Made by a program: the position numbers and the translations under genes
The notes under the pieces: generated by a model
What the model was told of the DNA's origin: nothing
Databases searched by the model: none
What the model saw: only the letters and a program-made list of their open reading frames with translations
Origin: an uncultured Nitrososphaeraceae archaeon
GTDB lineage: Archaea > Thermoproteota > Nitrososphaeria > Nitrososphaerales > Nitrososphaeraceae
Assembly: GCA_963825865.1 (NCBI GenBank)
Contig: CAWGVG010000060.1
Span: 1 to 64,000, forward strand
Direction: 5' to 3'
Length of the DNA stretch: 64,000 bases
In this document: positions 34,270 to 45,064 of the stretch, piece by piece
Position numbering within the stretch: the first letter of the stretch is position 1
Layout of the letters: every line of letters begins with the position of its first letter

Positions 34270-34748
34270 TTGTGGTCGTTTCTGTTGTTTCACAAGCAGT
34301 ATTGGGCGTAGGCATAGCATTAGCATTAGTCCGCTATAGTGACAATATATGTTACTTCATTATCTGCCCAAAATACACAACAACAGCCTATTCCGTCATC
34401 TAATCAACAAGGAGGTGGGGGGTAAATTCGAATACTGGTAGCAATAAGAACATAACAGATTCTACTTTGACAAGTCAAATAACGATTCCTCAAGGTGCAG
34501 CTGCACAACAAGTTAATGTCTATTATAATCCTAGTCCTGCAACAGTCTCAGCCGGATCTAAAGTCACATGGACTATTAGAGATAATGCACCACATACGGC
34601 AACAGATCTTAATGGCTCGTTTGATACAGGTATCATAAATGTTGCTTCTAGTGGATCATCCGTAATAAAGAGCCCTGGCAAACTTTCATATCATTGGACC
34701 ATACACCCATGGATTACTGGAATGCTTCAAGTTGTTCCCCAAAGTTAG
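34270..34748 (+). pseudogene. Membrane-anchored plastocyanin/cupredoxin-like gene with lost copper ligands
   Basis: GSKVTWT..D.APHTAT...FDTG, then YHWTIHPWITG instead of YHCxxHPWMxG. The N-terminal TM anchor is in shifted frames; start approximate. Confidence 0.7.
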
Positions 34749-34905
34749 ATCTTAGAAAATGAAAGTGATCTAATATCAAAAAACCCTTCTGTAATTACAA
34801 GTATATCGATTTTTTTGCATTACCTTTTTACAAGGTCAAACTCCTTCAAAAGACTTCGGCTGACTGTTCTTATTTAGTAGCAGTAATCTTCATATTTTGA
34901 AGCAC

Positions 34906-35187
34906 TCATCTTTTGTTAAATTTTAGTTCCACTCCACGTATATCGTTATAATTGAAAATAAACGACTCATTAGACATTATGACTAAACTAGATAATTGAT
35001 CAGTAGAGTTGCATTCAGGACATTTATTATCCATAGGTATCCTAGTCTTATCAAGATATGTTGCACACCAGTAGCATTTTTCACATAGAACAAATATAGA
35101 TGGAATAGAGCGATTAAGTGTTTTAGCAATAAAACTTTCATATTCATATTTTTCGTAATTAGTTATAGATTTTCCTTTATCAGACAC
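34906..35187 (-). CDS. Small zinc-ribbon hypothetical protein
   Basis: LCEKCYWCAT...CPEC. Confidence 0.75.
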   Translation of the reverse strand: MSDKGKSITNYEKYEYESFIAKTLNRSIPSIFVLCEKCYWCATYLDKTRIPMDNKCPECNSTDQLSSLVIMSNESFIFNYNDIRGVELKFNKR

Positions 35188-35530
35188 TTTATGGAAAGGC
35201 TAAGCAAGGTTATATAAATCAACCCGAGGAGGCCTGAGCTAGGTTAACGACCACAAGTCGCTTGTAGCCAGCGTGCTTTAAAGGGACTTATTCGAGAGTA
35301 CTTTCAGATACAGTATCAAGATCATATCAGATCAGGATATGAAAAGTTGATAAACATCATATTTTCATAAAGGCCTTTTGTATAAAAGTGCAACTTTTAC
35401 GCTTGATTATCTCGAGCAAAATGATCTACAGTTATACAAAAAGCTGGACGCCGTTGTTTCCTGCTTGGATCAGGATAAATTCTTATAGTTTTTTTCTCTG
35501 GAATAATGTATTTTATAGTTATAAACCATC

Positions 35531-37178
35531 ATGCACACTTATTACTATATGATTAAAAGGATTACTCAAATTAAATTTTTCTCAGTCACAGTAATACTGC
35601 TTGCTTTTGCAATGATGCTTTTTTCTACGATTTCTGCAAATATCATCGTCAACGCTCAACAAGAATTACCAAATATAATGATACCACCAATGAAAGCTCC
35701 AGTAAACACTACAATATCCAAGTCATTACCGTCCTCATCCATTTCTTCGCCCAAATTACATTCTGTAAAAATAACGTCGCCTTCTACAGGTCAACGAGTA
35801 CCTATAGGAAAAGACCTTGCAATAACTGGTACATCTGTGGGTTATGCTAATTCTACTAATTGTCAGGTATCGGTAATTGTAAATAGTATAAAACCATATC
35901 AATCCACTGCAGCAGCTGGACCTGGTGGGGCAAATGATTACTCAAAATGGAGCTTTGTAATCAGTCCTTCTAAATATGCTACAATCAAACCAGGACCTAA
36001 TAATAAAATAACCTCCAAATACACTTGCACGGATAATCCAACTGCAACATCATATTATAGTGTAAACGTTACTGGAATAGGCAGCAGGAATAGTAGCGGC
36101 ACCCACCACCACAACTACGACAGCTGCAGATATTACTCCTACTATTATGGCAAAAAAACCTGCTCCCGTAACCAATAATGCCACTGTTGCTGGTTATGCC
36201 AACAGAAGCAAAATCAACTATTATAGTAATCCTGGATCCCATGTTGCCAGCATAACGCCACCATCGTCACCATTAGCGACATCAAATCAGGTAAAGCCTG
36301 TTTTTAATTCTAATAATATGCCAAATTTAAATTCCAGTACATTACACATAAAAATAACATCTCCTATTGAAGGTCAAGGAATTTCAGTTGGAAAAAACCT
36401 CACCATGACTGGCACATCTTCCGATAACACAGCTACCGATTGCAAAGTTTATGCTGGATTGAATCGTTTAAAACCATATCCACTTGCTATAGCAACCGGT
36501 CCCGGTGGAACAACGGACTATTCTAAATGGTATTTTAATTATAGCCCTGCATACCATACTGTTCCAGCCGGAAATAATAAGCTAACCGCCAAACTGGCTT
36601 GTAATGGTGATTCAAGCTTGGTAAAATACGATACTATGAATGTTACAGGTACAGGTGTTACATCAGCAGCGACAATAACAAAACCAACCGGAATACCTGT
36701 CTCATCTCCCAATACACCTGACACTACAACCAAGGTAAACCAGGTGCCCTCGATAACAGACAATAGCGACTCAACCAGTAGTCATGATCTGAACAAGATC
36801 GGTGGTAGCGACTCAACCAGTAGTCATGATCTGAACAAGATCGGTGGTAGCGACTCAACCAGTAGTCATGATCTGAACAAGATCGGTGGTAGCAGTAGTA
36901 CTACAAGTAATACTGATTCAACTACTAACGATAACACTGACAAATCAGTTCAAAGCCACACAAAGATCAAAATACGCCATGATATTCCTTTCAAGGATAG
37001 CAAAAAGACAAATGGACTTGCAGATAATATAATAAAGGATGTTAAAAGGCACCTCAAAAAAGGAACCGCTTTAGCTGATTCTGGAGGTGCCACAGCTAGT
37101 GCTGGAAATGCATACGCACATGCTGGTTCTGATGGCATCTCTGTTAACGCTGGTGGCATAACGTTGAGATTGCCTTAG
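35531..37178 (+). CDS. Secreted protein with two copies of a two-Cys Ig-like domain and Ser/Thr-rich linkers (frameshifted near 36085-36100)
   Basis: Signal peptide; the domain KITSP..GQ...GTS...C.V...KPY...GPGG..DYSKW...K.T.K..C occurs in both ORFs. Confidence 0.8.
36764..36893 (+). repeat. Perfect 42-bp coding tandem repeat x3 (SDSTSSHDLNKIGG)
   Basis: tagcgactcaaccagtagtcatgatctgaacaagatcggtgg repeated three times with no spacers. Confidence 0.95.
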
Positions 37179-37378
37179 TGTTGAGGCTGCGGCACCTGAC
37201 GGTAGATATATTTTTACTACCTACTGTGATGAAATATACATCTGTGGAAGATTTATACTTAAAAGACAAAATGGCCTTGTGATGAGAAATGATATAACCG
37301 ATGTATTACAGCTGGACGAACCACTAATAATTACTAGCATATAGAATATGTGAAAAAACTAAAATATATATAAACAAA

Positions 37379-38676
37379 TTCAGGCTTTCTTTAATAAATA
37401 ACCTCTTTGTTTAACCTTCATGATACCAACATATAGCAGTGCAGATACAATAAAACTTGGGATGGTTGCCCCAATGGCAGGCCAGCTGGGAATATAAATC
37501 GGAGACAATGAAGACAAAAGATAATACAGCAATACACCGACAGACCATGATGTTATAGCTGGAAATCCGATTTTCATCACATCTCTACCATACATCATCG
37601 ATTGTGTGTATTTGCGGTGTTTGATAATATAGTAGTCTGATAGAACAATGCCAAACAATGGTACAAAAACTGCTCCAATTAAAAGAATAAATGTTTCATA
37701 ATTTGCTATTGAAATACTCATGGCAAGAACAGGTACTCAGACCAGTAAATCCAACTATCAAGTAAGGCTGTTTGACTTTTCTAATGATACTCTGTGTAGA
37801 AACTGCAGCCGAGTAAACATCAGCGAAGGCGTTATCTGCTTCATCTACAAGAAGTATCAACAAAAGGAATCCAAAGAATATTGATTGAATGGCAGTAATT
37901 ATTCCTACAACATCGGACACGCCAAGCATAAGTCCTCCGAAATAAAACAAGATATTTGTAAGTGTAAAACCTATAAATGTGCCTCTAAATGCACTCTTAC
38001 TACTTTTTGCGAACCTGTTATAGTCTGCAGCAAGTGGCATCCAAGATATTGGCATAGCTATTACAATATCTAGTGCTGAGAAGAATGACAGTCCACTACC
38101 TGGTGATAATAATATTTTTGAAAAGATCCCTGTCGTTAACAAATGAATAATTATAATTAGTGATGACGCATAGGATATCCATATAGCAAATTTTCCTAAC
38201 CACTTTCTTATTACTTCAAGTGGGCCAGCGATACCAAGTACGGTAACAAAAACCCCGATAATAATTGTCCAAATATAATACGGGATTAGTTGATTCGCTA
38301 ACATTTCTGCAGCTTTTGACATTATCATGATTTCAAATGTGGTCCATCCAATTAGTTGCATTACATTTAATATGGCTGGAAGATATGCTCCATGAATACC
38401 AAACGAGGGTCTAGTGCTTATTATGGAAGGAACCGCATTATCACTTCCAATCTTTCCCGCAAGAGCCAGAAGTAAAGAACCCCCAACAGAACCAAGTATT
38501 ATTGCAAGAACAGCATCATCAAACCGAGCTCCAGTGAGAAAAGATCCTGCCGAGAAAACTAGAAGCCCTACTCCAAGACTTGACCAAAGAATAAAGTAAT
38601 CGATTCCTCGTAGGAATCTATGTTTTGACGGAACGGGTTCAATGCCCCATTCCGGTGGATTTCTTATCGAAACCAT
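37379..38676 (-). CDS. NCS1 family cytosine/purine permease, CytX-like (hydroxymethylpyrimidine transporter), frameshifted near 37730
   Basis: LNVMQLIGWTTFE, AMPISWMPLAADYNRF, ADVYSAAVS and FILLIGAVFVPLFGIVLSDYY. Confidence 0.88.
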
Positions 38677-39442
38677 TTATTTTATGACTAATACTGATAA
38701 TCGGTCTATATATCTCATACAATTTATTTTGTAAGTTCTAAGAAGCATCAATTGTCTTTCTTTTGTAATGTGCGTTAGTGAGCTTAATGAGTTATAAAAT
38801 GCATAAAATGATTAAGATTAATCAAAGACATATACAACTGAATGGCTGTAAGTAATGAAATACTTTTTACGGATGAAATAATAGGCGCCCACATTTGGTA
38901 AGCTTTGTTACTACTCTACTTTAATCTTTCTTCCTTTGTTATTGTTTGATTTGCTTTATTGCTTATTAAACACTGACTTGATGATATTTCTTTTTTAGAT
39001 CATCAGTAGATACTATTATCAGTAGATACCTGCTGATACATGCCATCTTTAATACCACATTTACTTCTCTATAGGATACATTAACATCTGCCAAAGCTTC
39101 TCTTTCGGACGTTATTTGAGGTCCGCCATAACTGAAGTTTCCTTTTCTTTCTCTAAACTATAAACTATTACCAAATTCCCTTGCTCTTGGTTCAGCGTCA
39201 GGCTCAATTGTCATCGGATAATTATGACAACGGCTCCAAAATCATACTTCACCACCTTAGAGATTTTCATATTCTCTTACCACTCATTTGGGGCTTTTTC
39301 TATATCCCCATGCATTTTCAAATTCCTAAATATCTACTAGATTTTATATTGTTATTTATTATTTTTTCTGAAATTCATTCTTTATAAGCAGAGAAGTGTC
39401 TTTTGCTCTCCTGATCTTCCTAATCAATTAATTATACTGTCA

Positions 39443-39862
39443 TTACTGCTTCATATGAAAAACCTTCTCAGGCCTTATCTTTAATATGACTCTCTTTTCT
39501 CCTGGCGACCTACCCGGATATTTATCTTTTCCAATGTACTTTTTTGCTAACTTGTCTATGTGTTCTTCAGCGGCATCTCCAGTTATTTGCTCTATTGTTC
39601 TTCCTCTTATAGTAACCATATCGTATGGATTATTTTGGTCAGCTATCGCCAATGCTACCCGAGGATCTCGTGAAATATTCTTATGTTTTATTCTACCTAT
39701 TGCAGTATTAACAAGAATATTCCCATTTTCAATATCTACCCATGTTGGTGTAACCTGAGGATAGCCGTCTTTCATTATTGAAGATATAAAAACAAAGTTC
39801 TTTCCTTCAAAGATTTTGCGAATAGAAGGATCGGTTAACTTATTATTACTTCCTTGACTCAT
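39443..39862 (-). CDS. PPOX-class F420-dependent oxidoreductase
   Basis: DGYPQVTPTW, NTAIGRIKHKNISRDPRVAL and LAKKY; paralog of 15511-15945. Confidence 0.9.
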   Translation of the reverse strand: MSQGSNNKLTDPSIRKIFEGKNFVFISSIMKDGYPQVTPTWVDIENGNILVNTAIGRIKHKNISRDPRVALAIADQNNPYDMVTIRGRTIEQITGDAAEEHIDKLAKKYIGKDKYPGRSPGEKRVILKIRPEKVFHMKQ

Positions 39863-40734
39863 GGTTTAATATACACACTATTTCTATTAATAATTGTTCT
39901 AAAATAAATACTAATTATCTGAGGCTTGGACATAATTCCAGATTCGTATTTTTGGCAATGTCTATTGATGAATTAGGCTTCTTCAGCTATCTCTCGTGTG
40001 TTTTTACCTTGGTTATATAGATTTAGAACAAGTCTTTCCCTTTGCTGTCTTGATAATACCATCTAACTTATTTAATAAATACACAATAAAAAAGAATTAC
40101 AACAGCTGATACCACCTGTTACCAATTTTGTTACCCCTGCTACCTCCTTGTTTCCACCTGTTTTCATCTGCTGTCACCTGTTACCAACTTATTTCAAACT
40201 GAACTCAATAGAGCAAGTAATACACTGATGGCATTAACACTCATTACAAGGTCTAACTTCTTTAACATCAAAGTTAACCCCAACTTTCGCAACTCTTCCT
40301 GAGTCTAGCTATACCAAAAAGCCGGGGTCCTCAAAGGCTCCCCCTTACTCCACATTTCTAGATACTACCTTTCGAATTCTACCGCGTACTCATATCACAT
40401 CTCTGCAAGCTTTCTGATGCAAATCATTTGGGTTGCAGTAGATGAAGTAAAAGGGCATACCTTATTACAATAATAGAAACCTATAGTAGGTTCATTTAGA
40501 AATCCCGTATCAACATCGTGTTCGGACTGATAAATATTGTTCAAACCGGTTATAGAGTTTAATGCAGCTTTCATCTATGATTAGAAGATGCTGCTGCTCT
40601 TTCAATGTTACTTCCTTCCAATTGTGTTACTTTGCATATTATAAAATTCAGACAAAACGGCTTATTATACAAAATTCAGGTATTATGCATATTTATAAAA
40701 CCAGGAGTACTTTCGTGAATGTACGCATTCGTAG

Positions 40735-41766
40735 ATGAACCGATCTTTCAATATAAATAAACACAATATATCCTTCTTTGAATGTATTAAAAGCTGGCTT
40801 CATTTTTTAAAACGATATCCCCTTTATCCGCTTGCATTAACAAGTTTCTATAGATCTTATGATAATTATATCTCAATTACTGTTTGTTTTTGGAAAAGAA
40901 GATACCCTATTAAAGCTACATTAAGAAATGGTAAAACTGTTACAATCAAAAACGAACGAACATTGAAATTTCTTTGGCATACAATACCTGAAGATGGCAT
41001 ATTGCATGGTTTGGGATATGATATTAGACTTGATACTGAAAAAGAAATTTCGACAATCAGGTCATGTTCAAAGAATAGCGAAATAAGTCTACATGATAGC
41101 ATAAATAATGGAGATGTTTTTGAAATCTTTTTGAAAAGTCAATATGGAATACTGCCAGTCAACGATGCGATAGTCATAGATGTAGGTGCAAATATAGGTG
41201 ATTCGTCTATCTACTTTGCACTACAAGGAGCTAAAAGGATAATCGCCGTAGAGCCATTTCCGCGTAATTATGTGATTGCGAAAGAAAATGTGAAATTGAA
41301 TAATCTTTCCAAAAAAATTAATGTAGTCTTGGCAGGTTGTGGTAGCGAAACTTGCTTTGCAGATGTTTCATGTAGAGAAAATTCCATCTTGAATAAACTA
41401 ACTGACGGAACCCAAGTCAAAGTAGGATCTGCATTAGCAAAGAATTTAAAATCAGAAAATTTTTTTAAAGTCAAGCTTTTCAGTCTAACAGATCTCTTAA
41501 ATGAAAATGACATATATACAAAGGCAATATTAAAGATGGATTGTGAAGGCTGTGAGTATGAGGTAATCCTATCTTCGCCTGTTGATAGCTTAAAACGATT
41601 TAGCCATATTTTAATAGAGTATCATCATGGGTATGAGGATCTAAGACACAAACTCGTATCTTGTGGTTTTACAGTTTCAATTAGCAAGCCTCGGTATATT
41701 AGAACGCATGATATAGGAAAACCCATGTATGCAGGAGTCATTTTTGCAGTGAATAATCAGCATTAG
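40735..41766 (+). CDS. FkbM family SAM-dependent methyltransferase
   Basis: VIDVGANIGDSS, AVEP, LKMDCEGCEYEVI and IEYH. Confidence 0.92.
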   Translation: MNRSFNINKHNISFFECIKSWLHFLKRYPLYPLALTSFYRSYDNYISITVCFWKRRYPIKATLRNGKTVTIKNERTLKFLWHTIPEDGILHGLGYDIRLDTEKEISTIRSCSKNSEISLHDSINNGDVFEIFLKSQYGILPVNDAIVIDVGANIGDSSIYFALQGAKRIIAVEPFPRNYVIAKENVKLNNLSKKINVVLAGCGSETCFADVSCRENSILNKLTDGTQVKVGSALAKNLKSENFFKVKLFSLTDLLNENDIYTKAILKMDCEGCEYEVILSSPVDSLKRFSHILIEYHHGYEDLRHKLVSCGFTVSISKPRYIRTHDIGKPMYAGVIFAVNNQH

Positions 41767-41931
41767 GTAGGCACAGTGGCGGCTAACAAATGGGTCTTTT
41801 TCTTGCGACCAACCTCTTGCACATTTCATTTATATAAATCCAAACCTTGTGACAAAATCAACAATTGTTAATTTAACAGGTCGAATTGTGTTGTAAGAAA
41901 CCTTAAAAGGTGTTCAAAAATACTTTCAAAT

Positions 41932-43317
41932 ATGAAAAGCTATGCCAAACACTCTCTCTATGGTATTGGCGTTGCAATAACACTAGTCTTTAGTATACTA
42001 GTGGTAACCAATTCTGTTTATTTTGCTTCTGCTCCATCAGCACCATTATCTCAGAAAAAACAAGTTACACTTACAGCTGTACTTGAAGACCAAGGTGACC
42101 CGGGAAGATGGAAATTTTTGTTTCAACCTGCCATGCAGGAGTTGAGAGCACGACATCCATCTATGGATATTAAGTTAAACTACACAACGTATCCGTATAC
42201 TCTGGCTAGGACGCATATGTTAACGGCACTGGCTAACCAGACTCCTATTGATCTCATTTCTGTAGATCAGATCTGGCTTGGAGAGTTTGCTCAGAAAGGA
42301 TTGCTAACAGATCTTACAGACCATGCCAAGAGTTGGGGAAGAGAAAAGGATTGGTATCGAGCAAACTGGGATGGTGGAGTATATAATGGTAAAGTATACG
42401 GTATCTGGGCATGGACTGACGTAAGGGGAATGTGGTATTGGAAAGACCTACTGAATAAAGCAGGAGTTGATCCTAATTCATTAAAGACATGGGATGGATA
42501 TATTGCATCTGCAAAGAAGCTTAATGCAGTTTTAAGACCACAAGGAATAGAAGGAGTGCACCTTACCGGCGCTAATCATTCTCCGGACATGTGGTATCCT
42601 TATATCTGGATGCTTGGAGGGAATATAATGAAGCAGAAGGATGGCCACCCAACAAAGGGAACTTACTGGTTTCCAGCGTATAATAGCACTAAAGGAGTTA
42701 GAGCGCTCGAATTTATCAAAGAACAGGTAAGTGCAGGAATAAAGCCGCAGAAAAATCATTTTTGGGGTATAGAATTTCTTGATAGAAAGTTTGCGGTAAT
42801 GTTAGAAGCATTGCAGCATCACATAAATGAAAAATTTCCAATAACATCACCTGAGAAGCGACTTGAATTCGAACAGAAAGTGGGCTTTATACCAATGTTT
42901 CCTGTACCAAATCCAAATTACCAGAGTACGTCTTTAATTGGAGGATGGGAATTAAGTATTCCTAAGATATCTATGAACAAGGACCTCACGTGGGAATTAC
43001 TTACGATAATGGTAGAGCCCAGGATCCTTGCCCCATATTTGGCTGCACATTCAAATCTTCCAACACAGATACCTATAGGAGAAGGTCCTTATGCAGCAAG
43101 TTTGAACCAAACTACCCCATACTATGATGAATTGATCTCTATGCTCAAAATTGCCAACGCCAGGCCTAGCATACCAGAGTACCCTCAAATAGCTGAACAT
43201 ATTCGCCAGGCACTTGATGAAGTTTACTATGGGGTAAAAGAGCCCAAGCAAGCATTGGAGGCTGCTGCCTGCAAAGTCTGCAAATGTGCTAGGTTGGTAG
43301 TTGGAATGAAAATATAA
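41932..43317 (+). CDS. Extracellular solute-binding protein (sugar-type, family 1)
   Basis: N-terminal TM; DLISVDQIWLGEFAQKGLL, YGIWAWTDVRGMWY, GGWEL and RPSIPEYPQI. The true end is probably KSANVLGW* at about 43300. Confidence 0.9.
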   Translation: MKSYAKHSLYGIGVAITLVFSILVVTNSVYFASAPSAPLSQKKQVTLTAVLEDQGDPGRWKFLFQPAMQELRARHPSMDIKLNYTTYPYTLARTHMLTALANQTPIDLISVDQIWLGEFAQKGLLTDLTDHAKSWGREKDWYRANWDGGVYNGKVYGIWAWTDVRGMWYWKDLLNKAGVDPNSLKTWDGYIASAKKLNAVLRPQGIEGVHLTGANHSPDMWYPYIWMLGGNIMKQKDGHPTKGTYWFPAYNSTKGVRALEFIKEQVSAGIKPQKNHFWGIEFLDRKFAVMLEALQHHINEKFPITSPEKRLEFEQKVGFIPMFPVPNPNYQSTSLIGGWELSIPKISMNKDLTWELLTIMVEPRILAPYLAAHSNLPTQIPIGEGPYAASLNQTTPYYDELISMLKIANARPSIPEYPQIAEHIRQALDEVYYGVKEPKQALEAAACKVCKCARLVVGMKI

Positions 43318-43348
43318 GATGGGTCTTCAGTAATAATATTTACGCAGC

Positions 43349-44457
43349 ATGGATATACTCTTAGGACGAGAAAGAGAAATAGGAATCATTTCTATCATTT
43401 CGATTATCGTATTTTCAAATGGCTTATTATTCTATATTCAAAATATTACTGCCGATGATCTCACAAAGAGTGTGTTTGAACAACAAAGACAGCTTCAGAT
43501 ACAATCTACTGGAGAGATTGCTCAGCATGTAAGCTCAGATGTCAGCTTAGTCATGTCAATGCTCTACGGTTTGGCAAACTCGCATTATGTGCAGCAAGGG
43601 CAATTGGGAAACGATAAGACTACAAAGTTGTTGGATGATACTTATAATGCATATAATCTTACAATAGATAGACTATTTATTTTAAATAAGGACGATATTG
43701 TGGTAAATAGTTTATCTAGGCAATCATCAGAATTTTTTCCGGGTGAAGATTTATCGTTTAGAGAATGGGTAAAAGAGACAAGAAGTACTGCTACGCCAGT
43801 CTTCTCTTCTGGAGATTTTGAAAGACAAGAGATATTCAGAGAATTTATCTCATATCCAATCATAAATAGAGATTCTGGTCAATATATGGGAATGCTAGTA
43901 ACATCGATCCCTACTGTACCATTTTTTGCACATTATGGAAATGTTCAGAATATCAATTCAAAGTTCCTGGTAGCCTATGATAAAAATGGCACTATATTAG
44001 CCAATGGTGCAAGCAATACTCTCATAGGAAAGAACTTTTTTGGAGCTTACACCCAGCAGTTTATAAACTACAATAAAGGCCTAAACAATTTAACCCGAAA
44101 TTTATTAGCCGGTCAATCTGGCTCTGCAGTTTATGATTATGGACGTGGTGAAAGATTAACTACTCAGCATCCGATTCTTGTGAACAATAGGCCCGTATTT
44201 TTTATTCAGATAGTGACACCGACCTCAGAAATATATTCTAAGGTTAACAATGTTTTTTCCATACAAAGAGTGGAAATCGTTTCTCTGGTTGCGGTGCAAG
44301 CACGGTCGCTATTGCAGTCTTGGTGCTATTACTTAGAAAATGGAATATTATCTTGAGAAAGGAAGTAAAAAGAAGAACGCAGGAATTGGAAGATTCGTAT
44401 GATGAAATGAAACGTTATTTAGAGGAAGTTCTAAAAACAGTAAAAAAGAAATGGTAA
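43349..44457 (+). CDS. Two-TM dCache sensor protein ending in a short coiled coil, with no kinase domain
   Basis: TM1, then Cache motifs DLSFREWVKET and ISYPII...YMGML. After a frameshift near 44295 it reads TM2 + KWNIILRKEVKRRTQELEDSYDEMKRYLEEVLKTVKKKW* (stop 44455-44457). Confidence 0.8.
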
Positions 44458-44514
44458 CACACCCCACATCCTGTACCAACATCTAATCAGGGATTAATCT
44501 CTCTAGCATAGGCA

Positions 44515-44625
44515 TTGACTGGCAACATTGATGAAATACGTGATGACCTGAAAACAATTAAGGATATGGGAGTAGAACATATCATATTTGGCTATAATTT
44601 TCTGCCTATAGCTAGAGATATTCGT
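44515..44625 (+). pseudogene. C-terminal fragment of an LLM-class (F420-dependent) oxidoreductase
   Basis: LTGNIDEIRDDLKTIKDMGVEHIIFGYNF, with no start or N-terminal part. Confidence 0.6.
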
Positions 44626-45064
44626 ACTTCTTTTGTAGTTAACCTACAGCAGCATTTGCAGATAAAAACATAATTTTGATCTATTTTTTTGGCTCAATAT
44701 CATTATCAGTTAATAGTTCCTTGACAGATGATTTTTCAAAATTAAATGAGTCTAACACTCGTAGGTTATCTCTTTTTGCAAGGTAGCTTTTTTACACGAT
44801 TTTCTATACTTTTGAAGAGGGTTTAAAGATCTGTCTCTATTGAATTTGTAATATCTCACTACAACATGTTTTTTCATTTAACATATAAAACAAAAATAAT
44901 TTTGTGTCTTAGTATGAACATTCAGTATTATGCTTTTAGCATACCATCATCATTACCATTTTTATCACCATCTGACGAACCTATCCTCTCTAAAACCGAA
45001 CCTTGATTTTTTATAGAATCGTTTGAAAGCCATGTAGTTCTTCGAATTGTTAAGAATCGCCTGC

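Noticed and set aside
36764-36893. Possible CRISPR array
   Set aside because: The 42-bp units are contiguous with no spacers, are in frame within a gene, and no cas genes are present.
37225-37320. Two TGTGATGA C-box-like motifs suggesting a C/D sRNA
   Set aside because: No properly spaced CTGA D boxes or rRNA-complementary guides were identified.
38677-39400. TPP riboswitch upstream of the CytX-like gene
   Set aside because: No CTGAGA...CCTGA...GCGTAGG core was found.
40111-40190. Degenerate ~9-11 bp repeats (cacctgttacca) with a minus-strand CAGGTGGAAACAAGGAGG resembling an ORB origin box
   Set aside because: Only one weak match, no inverted ORB pair and no cdc6/orc1 gene. More likely a decayed Gly/Thr-rich coding repeat.
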